64,000 bases of DNA from Desulfobacterales bacterium (GCA_963668645.2 CAXXWC010000021.1:672001-736000), one strand, 5' to 3'; positions 29,691-39,519 are shown, numbered from the stretch's first letter. Made by a program: numbers and translations. Notes: a model not told the origin generated them from the sequence alone.

Positions 29691-29800
29691 GACTCGTTCG
29701 TAAAAAGTCGGATTTTGAAATTTTCATCGCTGTAACACATTGAAATCATTGAGTCCGAGATTGGGAAAATGATGTTTTTCGGACTTTTTACGAACGTATC
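29691..29800. mobile_element. MITE (110 bp) with terminal inverted repeats and target-site duplication
   Basis: Left GACTCGTTCGTAAAAAGTCGG vs right reverse complement GATACGTTCGTAAAAAGTCCG (18/21); ATAAAT flanks both sides. Confidence 0.78.
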
Positions 29801-29815
29801 ATAAATGGAGAGGCC

Positions 29816-30218
29816 ATGGCCGAAGGCACTATAACACCGACCAATTCTTTCCTTTTATACGCTTTCGTCCCCAGAGGCGCCTTCACCTCCCCGGCGTCGT
29901 ACGCCACCGTGCCACGCCTTGTGGAGTTGGAAGGCTATACGAAGAACATCCCGAGCGAACACCGTTTCGTATGGGTGGTTGTGGACGTGCCGAATGTTGG
30001 CCTCTGTTGGCCTCACCGCCGGATCTACCGGGTCAACACGCCGTTCAAGGCCAAAATGCCCGAACCATATCTTCACCGTCTCTCTCTATGCCGTACCGTG
30101 GGACGTTCATCGAGAGATTCTGGTGTGGCATGAAATGGGGCTGAAAACAGGGAGCAAAGAGGGGCTTTCTCTACTGCCGGACGACTTCCGGTTGGATAGC
30201 GTCGAATTATTATTATGA
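29816..30218 (+). pseudogene. Frameshifted hypothetical gene fragment
   Basis: A protein-like frame (FTSPASYATVPRLVELEGYTKNIP...VWVVVDVP..LCWP) appears to continue in a second frame (PNHIFTVSLYAV...RLDSVELLL) after ~30055. Confidence 0.45.
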
Positions 30219-30417
30219 CCGAATCGGGAACCGATGCGATTCACCGCCCCTGAACGTGGAGGGCAAAGGTGATAAGAGGATGGCGACCCAAGCCGAACTT
30301 GAAAAAATGGCGGAGACCATAAGAAGACCTTCCGGAGGACACTGAAAAGGAGACTACGCCAATGTGGTCCCGGTGCTTCTGTGGTGCAGCGGGATTGAAT
30401 AGGAGGAGGAGGCCCTT

Positions 30418-32418
30418 ATGGGACAATGCTGGGGCATTGCAAAAGACTTCAAGAGGTGCGAAAGACAGGCCGGCGAAAGACTGTTCTGTGAAAAGCATAG
30501 ACATCAGCCGCTATTTGTTTGGCTTCCGGCTATCGCCGGGTTGGTTTCCAGCCTGATCACGATTTTCACTTTCTGCTTTCCAACTCCCGTTCCTACCCCG
30601 AACCCATTCGGCTTACCACCCGAGACCATTGTCCGCATGGTCAAGGATCTGGGTATCACTGAAACCGCCCTGGGCAGCTTTTTTAAGATTCTTAAAGAAG
30701 AGAAGGTACCCATTGAAAACTTGGATGCCAAGCTTCGTGAAATAGCCGAAACCTATAAAAGTCTACAGAAAGGACTTGCCTCCTTCCAGGAAGAAGACCC
30801 GAAAGTCCAAAACCTGAAAAAAGCAGCCCAAAAAGCTCTTGAATCGGCCGATTTCGAAAAGACAGAATCCCTGATCAAAGAAGCACGCGCCATCGACCTT
30901 GAAGCTGCCAAAAATATGGCAGCCGCCTCTGAAAAGCGTCTCTTGTCCGCTGCCAAGTCATCCGCCGAACTCGGCGATCTCTACATGATTCAGTTGAAAT
31001 ATGCCGCCGCCGCCAACACTTTTCACCAAGCCGCAGATTATTTACCGCAGGGAAATAACTTACTAAAAGCCCACTATTTGGGAAGGTGGGGCATCTCAGC
31101 CCTAAACGACGGGCACTACGTTGAATCCGAAACGCCCCTTAAAGACTCCCTCGGAATATATGAAAATTTTTTAGACCCCGTCCACCCCGATATTGGCAAT
31201 GCAAGTAACAACTTGGGCATGTCTTTCTTTTTCCAGGGAAAATACGACCAGGCAGAGCCGCTTTACAAACGCGCTCTGGAGATTTCAGAAAAGGCCCTCG
31301 GGCCAGATCATCCGTCTGTGGCCACCACGCTGAACAATCTGGCCGGGCTCTACAGGGCACAGGGAAAATACGACCAGGCTGAGCCGCTTTACAAACGCGC
31401 TCTGGAGATAAAAGAAAAGGCCCTCGGGCCAGATCATCCGTCTGTGGCCACCACGCTGAACAATCTGGCCGGGCTCCTGGAAGCACAGGGAAAATACGAC
31501 CAGGCTGAGCCGCTTTACAAACGCGCTCTGGAGATTTCAGAAAAGGCCCTCGGACCAGATCATCCGTCTGTGGCCACCACGCTGAACAATCTGGCCGGGC
31601 TCCTGGAAGCACAGGGAAAATACGACCAGGCTGAGCCGCTTTACAAACGCGATCTGGAGATTTCAGAAAAGGCCCTCGGGCCAGATCATCCGTCTGTGGC
31701 CACCACGCTGAACAATCTGGCCGGGCTCTACAGGGCACAGGGAAAATACGACCAGGCTGAGCCGCTTTACAAACGCGCTCTGGAGATTTCAGAAAAGGCC
31801 CTCGGGCCAGATCATCCGTCTGTGGCCACCACGCTGAACAATCTGGCCGGGCTCCTGGAAGCACAGGGAAAATACGACCAGGCTGAGCCGCTTTACAAAC
31901 GCGCTCTGGAGATAAAAGAAAAGGCCCTCGGGCCAGATCATCCGTCTGTGGCCACCACGCTGAACAATCTGGCCGGGCTCTACAGGGCACAGGGAAAATA
32001 CGACCAGGCTGAGCCGCTTTACAAACGCGCTCTGGAGATTTCAGAAAAGGCCCTCGGGCCAGATCATCCGTCTGTGGCCACCACGCTGAACAATCTGGCC
32101 GGGCTCCTGGAAGCACAGGGAAAATACGACCAGGCTGAGCCGCTTTACAAACGCGATCTGGAGATTTCAGAAAAGGCCCTCGGGCCAGATCATCCGTCTG
32201 TGGCCACCACGCTGAACAATCTGGCCGGGCTCCTGGAAGCACAGGGAAAATACGACCAGGCTGAGCCGCTTTACAAACGCGCCATTACCATCCTCGAAGC
32301 CTCCCTTGGCCCAGGACATCCAAACACAATCGTGGTTAAAGGCAATTTAGAAAAAATGCTAAAAAATATGCCCAAGCAACCCTATTTAAAACTCTACCGT
32401 CAAGCTGGAGCTGAATAG
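30418..32418 (+). CDS. Membrane-anchored tetratricopeptide-repeat protein (42-aa kinesin-light-chain-type TPRs)
   Basis: AGGAGG RBS; N-terminal C-x9-C-x9-C-x2-H, a TM helix, a helical region, then QGKYDQAEPLYKRALEISEKALGPDHPSVATTLNNLAGL repeats. Confidence 0.92.
   Translation: MGQCWGIAKDFKRCERQAGERLFCEKHRHQPLFVWLPAIAGLVSSLITIFTFCFPTPVPTPNPFGLPPETIVRMVKDLGITETALGSFFKILKEEKVPIENLDAKLREIAETYKSLQKGLASFQEEDPKVQNLKKAAQKALESADFEKTESLIKEARAIDLEAAKNMAAASEKRLLSAAKSSAELGDLYMIQLKYAAAANTFHQAADYLPQGNNLLKAHYLGRWGISALNDGHYVESETPLKDSLGIYENFLDPVHPDIGNASNNLGMSFFFQGKYDQAEPLYKRALEISEKALGPDHPSVATTLNNLAGLYRAQGKYDQAEPLYKRALEIKEKALGPDHPSVATTLNNLAGLLEAQGKYDQAEPLYKRALEISEKALGPDHPSVATTLNNLAGLLEAQGKYDQAEPLYKRDLEISEKALGPDHPSVATTLNNLAGLYRAQGKYDQAEPLYKRALEISEKALGPDHPSVATTLNNLAGLLEAQGKYDQAEPLYKRALEIKEKALGPDHPSVATTLNNLAGLYRAQGKYDQAEPLYKRALEISEKALGPDHPSVATTLNNLAGLLEAQGKYDQAEPLYKRDLEISEKALGPDHPSVATTLNNLAGLLEAQGKYDQAEPLYKRAITILEASLGPGHPNTIVVKGNLEKMLKNMPKQPYLKLYRQAGAE
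31234..32280 (+). repeat. 126-bp tandem coding repeat, 8 full copies plus a partial copy
   Basis: cagggaaaatacgaccagg recurs every 126 bp from 31234 to 32242. Confidence 0.95.
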
Positions 32419-32717
32419 TGAGAAAGCGGCCGGGCAACCCGTCACCACGTCCTGTCCCATTTGGAACTTTACCAATCCGCCCTCCCCTGATTTGCCGGTG
32501 CAATCCACCGCAACCACGGAAGGAAAGCGCCATGAGCGTTCACAAGCTCACCGGCGGCGTCCACGCTATAAATCCGCTGGCGCCAAATCGACGTCAATGC
32601 TAATAAGTCCCGATTCTTGCGTTTCGCAAGGGGCGGCCCAAGATTGGCCGGGTGCCTCTTGCAGCCGCAGTTCAAGAAAATTCCGGCCAATAGGCCGGGT
32701 TTTGCTGCTTGGATCTT

Positions 32718-33593
32718 TCAAAGAGAAATCTGAAAAAGCCGGGTCGCGTTGCGCCACAGGATATTTTCGAGAAGATCCTGGGGCAGATTGCGGGCCGCCA
32801 GCAGGCGGATCTCCCGGTCCCAGGCATAGGGCAGATTGGGAAAATCGGTGCCGAAAAGAATCCTGTCGGCGCGAAGATCGGTCAGTTCCGGCACGCCCTC
32901 AAAGGGCAGGTAGCCGGCCAGGGCCATGGTGGTGTCGAGCCAGAGGTTGTCGTAGTCCTGGATCAGGCGGCGGTATTCTCCGAACTCGTCGGCCCCCAGA
33001 TGCGGGACACAGAGTTTGAGATCCGGATATTTTTTCAAAATCGCCTCGATCCAGTCGGCACGGCAGATGAGGTGGGGATCGCAAGGGTAATGCGGGCTCC
33101 ACGGTTCGCGGCCCGCGTGGACCACAAGCGGCTTTTGAAACGCGCGGCAGACACGGCAGACCGCGTCGAAGGGGGCACCGTCCAGCGCAAAACACTGTAC
33201 GTGGGCATGCAGCTTGACCCCGGCCAGCCCCGAGGCGAAGGCCTCTTCAAGGATCGATGCCGCTCCGGCCTCACCGGGAAAAACCGTGGCCATACCGGTC
33301 AGACGGACATCGTCGCGGCACAGCTCGGCCATGAAACGGTTGAGTGCCGCCGCGATGCCGGGCCGGTGGGCGTATTGCATCAGCACCAGGTGGTCCAGGC
33401 CGCGTTCTTTCAGGAAATTGACGCCTGCACCGGCGTCGAGCCGGTAGCGCACCGGCCAGGCATAGGCATCAAACCAGGACCAGACCGCCTCGAAAAGGGC
33501 CGGCGGAAAGACATGGACATGGGCGTCGATTACCGGCGGCAGCCCGCAAGGCAGGCGGTCACCCTCGGCGTCGTTCAGGGACGACGTTCTCAT
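32718..33593 (-). CDS. Amidohydrolase family protein (amidohydro_2)
   Basis: IDAHVH, GVKLH, VVHAG, VPHLG, ILFGTDFP, NATRLF. Confidence 0.9.
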   Translation of the reverse strand: MRTSSLNDAEGDRLPCGLPPVIDAHVHVFPPALFEAVWSWFDAYAWPVRYRLDAGAGVNFLKERGLDHLVLMQYAHRPGIAAALNRFMAELCRDDVRLTGMATVFPGEAGAASILEEAFASGLAGVKLHAHVQCFALDGAPFDAVCRVCRAFQKPLVVHAGREPWSPHYPCDPHLICRADWIEAILKKYPDLKLCVPHLGADEFGEYRRLIQDYDNLWLDTTMALAGYLPFEGVPELTDLRADRILFGTDFPNLPYAWDREIRLLAARNLPQDLLENILWRNATRLFQISL

Positions 33594-33694
33594 TGTAAAA
33601 AATCCGGACCGGTTGGCAATTGATCTGCGAAGCTTTAGCGAGGGTTTAAAACAGATTCCGACATACAATCGTCGTGACGCCTTGTCAAGTTGAC

Positions 33695-34840
33695 ATGCTG
33701 AAAGACAAAACACTCCAATCCGAACTCGAAAAACGGATCCTGAAAGGTCTGGGCTGTGAATACGAAGAGGCCCTGAGCTTTCTGGAGCCCCCTTTTCGCG
33801 ACCGTTTGGCGCGCCCCCTCTTGCGTCTTGGCGATCTGAAAGGCCGATGGGGCCAATGGGCCCCGGAACGCAGGGAAATCTGTCTGAGCCGTGAACTGGT
33901 TTTCAATTACCCCTGGGGAGCGGTGCGCGAGGTGCTGCGCCACGAAATGGCCCACCAACTGGCCGGCCTGATCAGCTCCAGCGACCATCGCCCCCACGGA
34001 GAAGCCTTCCGCGAGGCCTGCCGCCGGCTGAGGGCCGATCCGGCCGCCACCGCCAACTATCGGGCTCTGGACCAGCGCGCGAGCTGCAGCACCCAGGCCC
34101 CCCAAGACCGGCTGCGTCTGCGGGTGCAAAAACTTTTCGCCCTGGCCGAAAGCGCCAATCCCCACGAAGCGGCCAGCGCCATGCGCAAGGCCCGGGAATT
34201 GATTGCCCGCCATGGCATCGGCCGACCGCAGGAGACCTGGTCAGAACCGCATCTGAGCATCCTGATCGGCAAACCGGCCTTGCGCCATTTCCGGGACGAA
34301 TACCTGCTGGCCCAACTGGTGATGGATCTTTACGGGGTTGCAGGCGTCTGGGTGCCGGCCTTTGCCCTGGAAAAAGAGCGCATGGGAAGCGCCCTGGAAA
34401 TCAGCGGACGTCCGGCCCAGATTCAGGTGGCGGCCTATGCCCATGAATTTGTATGCCGCTTTATCGAAAACTGCTGGCAACAAGACCTGAAGCTGCGCGG
34501 CCGCGGCCGGCGCTCCCGGAAAGATTTTGCCGTGGGGGTGATCGAAGGCTTTCGCGCCAAGACGATCCGTAAAAGCGCAGCTTCAAAACCGCCACCAGCC
34601 GACGAAGAGAGCCTCGTTGCGATTCGGGATCCGGCTTTAACGGCCTATTTGCGGCAAAGATACTCCCGGCTGCGCAGCTTTCGCCGCGGGGGCGGGCGCA
34701 TCGACGCGACGGCCTACGGGGCCGGGCTGGAACAAGGACGCCATCTGGTCATCCGGGAAGGGATAGGCAACGCCGGCCCATCGCGGCCGGCACTCGGCGC
34801 AGAGGTGCCTAAATTAGGCTCCGGATCAAACAAAGCCTGA
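33695..34840 (+). CDS. SprT-like zinc metalloprotease + DUF2786-like domain protein
   Basis: VLRHEMAHQ...HGEAF, then RVQKLFALAESANPHEAASAMRKARELIARH. Confidence 0.82.
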   Translation: MLKDKTLQSELEKRILKGLGCEYEEALSFLEPPFRDRLARPLLRLGDLKGRWGQWAPERREICLSRELVFNYPWGAVREVLRHEMAHQLAGLISSSDHRPHGEAFREACRRLRADPAATANYRALDQRASCSTQAPQDRLRLRVQKLFALAESANPHEAASAMRKARELIARHGIGRPQETWSEPHLSILIGKPALRHFRDEYLLAQLVMDLYGVAGVWVPAFALEKERMGSALEISGRPAQIQVAAYAHEFVCRFIENCWQQDLKLRGRGRRSRKDFAVGVIEGFRAKTIRKSAASKPPPADEESLVAIRDPALTAYLRQRYSRLRSFRRGGGRIDATAYGAGLEQGRHLVIREGIGNAGPSRPALGAEVPKLGSGSNKA

Positions 34841-34859
34841 GCCGCTTGCGCACAGACAG

Positions 34860-34884
34860 GACTTGCCGGTGAAACCGGCAAGTC
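34860..34884. terminator. Perfect 11-bp hairpin
   Basis: GACTTGCCGGT-GAA-ACCGGCAAGTC just after the stop codon. Confidence 0.5.
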
Positions 34885-34960
34885 TTGGATTCAGCGGGAA
34901 CCGCCGGCCCGCAAATGCCTTGTCCATGCCAGTTGGAAGAAAGCCGGCCGGATTTTCCCG

Positions 34961-34989
34961 TTGACACTAAACCCGCGATTGCCTACTGT
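34961..34989 (+). promoter_or_regulatory. Sigma70-type promoter of the cyclase-FHA gene
   Basis: TTGACA-17 bp-TACTGT. Confidence 0.5.
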
Positions 34990-35048
34990 TTCCAATAGGA
35001 TCAAGGCTGGCTAAACGTCATCATCTCCCATTCTTCCCCGAGGCCTGA

Positions 35049-35951
35049 ATGCCCCGCGAAACAAAAACCATGGCCATTCTTTTCGCCGACCTGGTGAAAA
35101 GCACGCAACTTTACGAGGTGCTGGGCAACCGCAAGGCCCAGTTGGTCGTCAACCGCTGTCTTGACCTTCTGGCGCGCATCAGCATTCATTATCGGGGTAT
35201 GGTCGTCAAAACCATCGGCGACGAAATCATGTGCGCCTTTGAAGATGCCGAAGATGCAGTCAAGGCAGCCACGGAGATGAACAAATCTCTGGAAATATAC
35301 AGTTTTCCGGAGATGCCGGGTTTTCAGGCGCCAAACCTCCATATCGGTATCCAGTACGGACCGGTCATTTGCCATTCGGGCGACATCTTCGGCGATACGG
35401 TCAACATGGCGTCCGGTATGACCGCTCTGGCCAAACCGCGCCAGATCTTCGCGGGCCAACAGGTCATCGACGCGCTTTCACCCAGAACCCGGCAGAGCGC
35501 CCGCCTCGTCGACCGGACCGTGCTCAAAGGCAAGGCCGGAGAGTTCGATATTTACGAAGTGATCTGGGAACAAAAGGATGTTACGGTCATCCTTGATGAA
35601 GGGCTGCCCCCTCAGGGTCCCCGGTGCGACATCGAGCTGCGGTTCCGGGATCAGGTCCTGTCGATGGATTCACACTACCCTTCGGCCAGCCTGGGACGCC
35701 AGCCGCACAATGATATTGTGGTGCCCAACGACCGGGTCTCGCGATCCCATGCACGCATCGAGTACCGCCGCGGCAAATTCGTCCTGATTGACCAGAGCAC
35801 CAACGGCACCTTCATTACCATCACGGGAAAACCCACGGCAGTTATCCGGCGTGAAGAATTCGTTTTGGATGAAAGCGGCACCATCGGCCTGGGGCGTGAG
35901 GTTAAACCCGATTCACCCGAGGCAATCGTCTATCTTGTCACACGGTCCTGA
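35049..35951 (+). CDS. Class III adenylate/guanylate cyclase domain + FHA domain protein
   Basis: ILFADLVKST, VKTIGDEIM, GDIFGDTVN; FHA motifs LGR, VSRSHA, DQSTNGT. Confidence 0.9.
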   Translation: MPRETKTMAILFADLVKSTQLYEVLGNRKAQLVVNRCLDLLARISIHYRGMVVKTIGDEIMCAFEDAEDAVKAATEMNKSLEIYSFPEMPGFQAPNLHIGIQYGPVICHSGDIFGDTVNMASGMTALAKPRQIFAGQQVIDALSPRTRQSARLVDRTVLKGKAGEFDIYEVIWEQKDVTVILDEGLPPQGPRCDIELRFRDQVLSMDSHYPSASLGRQPHNDIVVPNDRVSRSHARIEYRRGKFVLIDQSTNGTFITITGKPTAVIRREEFVLDESGTIGLGREVKPDSPEAIVYLVTRS

Positions 35952-36053
35952 ACCTGAACGTCCGCACCGGCCAACGTATTGAAAACGTGGGAGACGATTT
36001 CCAAGCGCTGATGATCCGGATTCAGCGGCGCTTTTATAAAGGCTTGTGATTCC

Positions 36054-36824
36054 ATGCCCATACATATCCGCATCGCCGCCGCAACAGACCGGGGGCAGGT
36101 GCGCAGCCAAAATCAGGATTTTCACACCTACTGCATCCCCGAACTTGGCGTGCGCGATTCCAAGGGGATCCTCTTGGCCGTGGCCGACGGGATGGGAGGG
36201 CACGCCGGTGGCGAGCAGGCCTCACGCCTTGCCGTCGAAACCCTGATGGCGGAGTATTATCGCCCTGCGCAGCTTCCCATCCGCGAAAGTCTGGAAAAGG
36301 CCGCAATCAAGGCCAATGCCGCCGTGAAGCAACGCGCGGCCGAAGAGCCGACCTTGAGGGGCATGGGCAGCACCCTTACTGCCCTGGTTCTTCAGCAGGA
36401 AAAGATCTGCTATGCCCACGTGGGCGACAGCCGCGGCTATCTGATCCAAAACGGCACGCTGACCCAGTTTACCCAAGACCATTCGTTGGTCGCCGACCTG
36501 GTGCGCGCCGGGGTCATCACGCCGCAAGATGCGAGAAAGCATCCGGACCGCAACATCATCACCCGGGCCATCGGCATGGAAATGGCTTTCGACGTTGACG
36601 TCGCCGAACTTCCCGCCCCTCCTCGCTGCGGCCAGACCTATCTGCTTTGCTGCGATGGATTGCACGGCCAGCTGACGGCAGCCGAGATCCAGTCGATCCT
36701 TTTGGGCACCGGCGACCTCCAGATCGCATGCCAGCAGTTGGTGGACAAGGCCAACGCCTACGGGGGGCCGGACAACATCACGGTGATGCTGGCACGGGTG
36801 GAAAATAGCGGCTCAAGTCATTGA
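36054..36824 (+). CDS. PP2C-type Ser/Thr phosphatase (Stp1/PrpC family)
   Basis: RSQNQD, VADGMGGH, HVGDSR, TQDHS, CDGL, GGPDNIT. Confidence 0.93.
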   Translation: MPIHIRIAAATDRGQVRSQNQDFHTYCIPELGVRDSKGILLAVADGMGGHAGGEQASRLAVETLMAEYYRPAQLPIRESLEKAAIKANAAVKQRAAEEPTLRGMGSTLTALVLQQEKICYAHVGDSRGYLIQNGTLTQFTQDHSLVADLVRAGVITPQDARKHPDRNIITRAIGMEMAFDVDVAELPAPPRCGQTYLLCCDGLHGQLTAAEIQSILLGTGDLQIACQQLVDKANAYGGPDNITVMLARVENSGSSH

Positions 36825-36836
36825 GCCGGATGGATC

Positions 36837-37397
36837 CTACTTGAGCTGGTTCAAGGCCTTGAGCACATCATCGGTAATGTCCACTTCCGGGTCAAGATAG
36901 CCGACCACATCGGGATCCTTGAGGATGATGGAAAATTTCTTCTTTCTGGCCACATCTTTGAGTATCCCATCGGCCGCCTTTAAAATCGTGGCCACCAATT
37001 CGCGATCTTCGCGCTGGATGTCCTCCTTGGCATCGGCCACCAGCCGCTGATAGTCTTTGTAAACCCCCTGCAAATGTTCGGCTTTTTCCTTCCTCTCGGC
37101 CTCATTCATCTTCTGGCCGCGGGTATTGAGTTCCTCGCGAAGTTGCTTGACAATCTCGCCTTGACGATCGACTTCCTTTTGCTTTTTTTCGCGCAACTGG
37201 GAAAGATCGGCCCGCGCCTTCTGCCCCATCTGCGATTCTCTCACCAGGCGCTTGAGGTTGATGAAGCCGACCTTGCCGTCGGCCGCTTCCGCAGTTGCAA
37301 GGGTAGGCCCCGTAGAGCATGAAATCCCGGCCAGGAAGATCAGCACCAGGGGCAAAAACAGGGCAGGTCGCTTTTGGGATCGCATCACTACGGTCAT
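36837..37397 (-). CDS. skp: OmpH/Skp outer-membrane chaperone
   Basis: Signal peptide, KVGFINL, coiled coil, DITDDVLKAL. Confidence 0.85.
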   Translation of the reverse strand: MTVVMRSQKRPALFLPLVLIFLAGISCSTGPTLATAEAADGKVGFINLKRLVRESQMGQKARADLSQLREKKQKEVDRQGEIVKQLREELNTRGQKMNEAERKEKAEHLQGVYKDYQRLVADAKEDIQREDRELVATILKAADGILKDVARKKKFSIILKDPDVVGYLDPEVDITDDVLKALNQLK

Positions 37398-37400
37398 GGT

Positions 37401-38168
37401 TTACCCTCCATCTTTTTCATCCCCAAACGGTTGACTATCTTTGAGGCCGCCGCCGTAGAGGTCCGATGGCGGCGGCCAGAATCCGGCGCCGAGAATCCCC
37501 CTGGCCAGGGCCAGATCTTCCGGAGTCGTGATCTTGATGTTCAAACGATGGCCGGGGATGGTTTGCACCCGCTCGCCCAGGGCCTCGACCAAAGCGGCGT
37601 CATCGGTGGCGGTCAAACCGGCTTCCCGGGCGCTATGGTGAGCCAGGCGAATCAACCCCAGCCTGAATGTCTGTGGCGTCTGGGCCAAATACAGCCGCCG
37701 GCGGTCCATCGATTCGACCACCAAACCTGCGCCGTCCACCCGTTTGACCGCCTCGGTGACCGGAATGACCGGCACACAACTGCCGCAAGTTCGGGCTGTG
37801 GCCACACAACGATCAATAAAACCGGGAGATACAAAAGGGCGCACCCCGTCATGAATGGCCACCACGGTATCGTCGCCCAGGGACGCCAGGACCGCCAACC
37901 CGTTGTAGACCGAGACCTGCCGCTCGGCTCCGCCGTCGACCAGCTCAACAGGCGTGCGCAGCCCCAAAGGCGCGACGACAATCTGCCGGCACAGATCCCG
38001 ATCACGCCGCGGCACGGCCAAGACGATGCGCTCGATGCTCGGCGCCCGCTCGAAAGCGACCAGGACATGCCCAAGAATGGGAGCCCCGGCCATGTCGAGG
38101 AACTGTTTGGCGCGGTCGGCCCCCATACGCTGGCCCCGGCCGGCGGCGACGATCAAGGCGATGGACAT
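37401..38168 (-). CDS. ispD: 2-C-methyl-D-erythritol 4-phosphate cytidylyltransferase
   Basis: AAGRGQRMG..KQF, GGAERQ, IHDGVRP, QTPQ, TDD, NIKITTPEDL. Confidence 0.95.
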   Translation of the reverse strand: MSIALIVAAGRGQRMGADRAKQFLDMAGAPILGHVLVAFERAPSIERIVLAVPRRDRDLCRQIVVAPLGLRTPVELVDGGAERQVSVYNGLAVLASLGDDTVVAIHDGVRPFVSPGFIDRCVATARTCGSCVPVIPVTEAVKRVDGAGLVVESMDRRRLYLAQTPQTFRLGLIRLAHHSAREAGLTATDDAALVEALGERVQTIPGHRLNIKITTPEDLALARGILGAGFWPPPSDLYGGGLKDSQPFGDEKDGG

Positions 38169-38208
38169 GGCAGCAATGCTTCCAGCGCGCAAAACGCAAC
38201 AACATGCG

Positions 38209-39519
38209 TCAGCGCAGGTAATCGAGTTCTTTCGGCAAGGGGATCCCTTTGCCCATCGAATCCTCTCCGTAATTGACCCGCGCTAAAATCTCAATGTCGG
38301 CCAGGGCCCGGGCGTCGCCTTCAAAAACCACCGTGTCGCGTTTCTCCTTGTTGATCTTTCCGCCGGCCCATTGAATATCGAGCACACTGCTGGCATCGAA
38401 GCGGTCTTCACCGACCACCAGCTCGACCTGACCGCCGAAGTACTGCACGATCTTGGCCACCAGCAGGCTCGGCCGACTGTGAAAGCCGAGTTTCTGGGGA
38501 ATGCCGACCCGGATGGAGCCCCGCTCGATGTTTTCGTTGAGGATGTCCTGGGCCAACTTTTTACCGCTGTTCAGGTAATGGCATACCCAGTACAACCCGT
38601 AGTTGATGGTCCGGTCGAGCAGCTCCCGCGGATCGACCAGGGCGGCCAGCCGGTCCTGCACCTGTTTATAGATCGACTTGTAACCGGCCTCATGCAGATG
38701 GCGCTCGTAAAAATGCAACAGCCGGCCGATCATCTGCAAGAGGTGAAAAACCACCGAAAAATGACCGCGCAGGGCCTTGAGCTTGCGGTCGCCGAAACGA
38801 TAGCCGCCATGGATCACATAGGTGTCGAAGGACGACTGCAGGTTGTGCACCAGCATCTCGAAGCGGCGGATTTCCACTTCGTTGATCCTGTCGGGCACCA
38901 TGTGTCGAATCGTCTCCAGATCCACGGGCTCGAACAGCCCCAGGTCATCGAATCTTCCAGCGATATTGATCAGTTCACTGGCGATTTTGACGATGTTCTT
39001 CTTCTGCTGGTCTTTGTTTGTGTCATAGATGTCATAGTCGAGCTGCTCGTTGGTGGTCACGCCCGGAAAATCCGCCATGGTGTAATCACCCGCAGGGATG
39101 GGGATCTTCAGGTGTTCAGCCTCCTCCAGGATCACCGGTGCCAGGCGCATTAGGCAGGTGCGCAGGAAAAAGAGGCTCCGGGTGCCCTGGGCCTCGAAGT
39201 CCTCTGTATCTTTGAGTCCGTAAAAAAGCAGGCGATTGGCAATATGGGTCTGGGAGTATCCCCCAAGGCTCAAATGCCTCACCGTCGCGGCCAGTTCACG
39301 GTAGAAATACCAGTTTGAATTGTTCTTGGCGCCGTGAAAATCGAGAAAATCCTCCAGCACCTGAGAGGATCCGATCAGGGTGGAAAACAACTTCTTGGTA
39401 AAAAGATACTCAGGCGAATCGAAGCGCGCGATGAATTTGCAGCACTTGAGGTAGTCGTGGGAAAAAATTCGCACCCTCTCGGCGAACGTAATGTCGCCTA
39501 CAATGTGTTGGAACTGCAT
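38209..39519 (-). CDS. HPr-domain protein with a large uncharacterised N-terminal domain
   Basis: C-terminal LGFHSRPS (His15-like) and DASSVL (Ser46-like); ~330-aa helical N-terminal part. Confidence 0.8.
   Translation of the reverse strand: MQFQHIVGDITFAERVRIFSHDYLKCCKFIARFDSPEYLFTKKLFSTLIGSSQVLEDFLDFHGAKNNSNWYFYRELAATVRHLSLGGYSQTHIANRLLFYGLKDTEDFEAQGTRSLFFLRTCLMRLAPVILEEAEHLKIPIPAGDYTMADFPGVTTNEQLDYDIYDTNKDQQKKNIVKIASELINIAGRFDDLGLFEPVDLETIRHMVPDRINEVEIRRFEMLVHNLQSSFDTYVIHGGYRFGDRKLKALRGHFSVVFHLLQMIGRLLHFYERHLHEAGYKSIYKQVQDRLAALVDPRELLDRTINYGLYWVCHYLNSGKKLAQDILNENIERGSIRVGIPQKLGFHSRPSLLVAKIVQYFGGQVELVVGEDRFDASSVLDIQWAGGKINKEKRDTVVFEGDARALADIEILARVNYGEDSMGKGIPLPKELDYLR

Noticed and set aside
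31234..32280. TPR variation as DGR mutagenesis
   Set aside because: Changes are fixed binary alleles, not adenine-specific, and no RT or template repeat is seen.
32520..32603. RBS plus short ORF MSVHKLTGGVHAINP
   Set aside because: Possibly a gene-start remnant, but too short to support.
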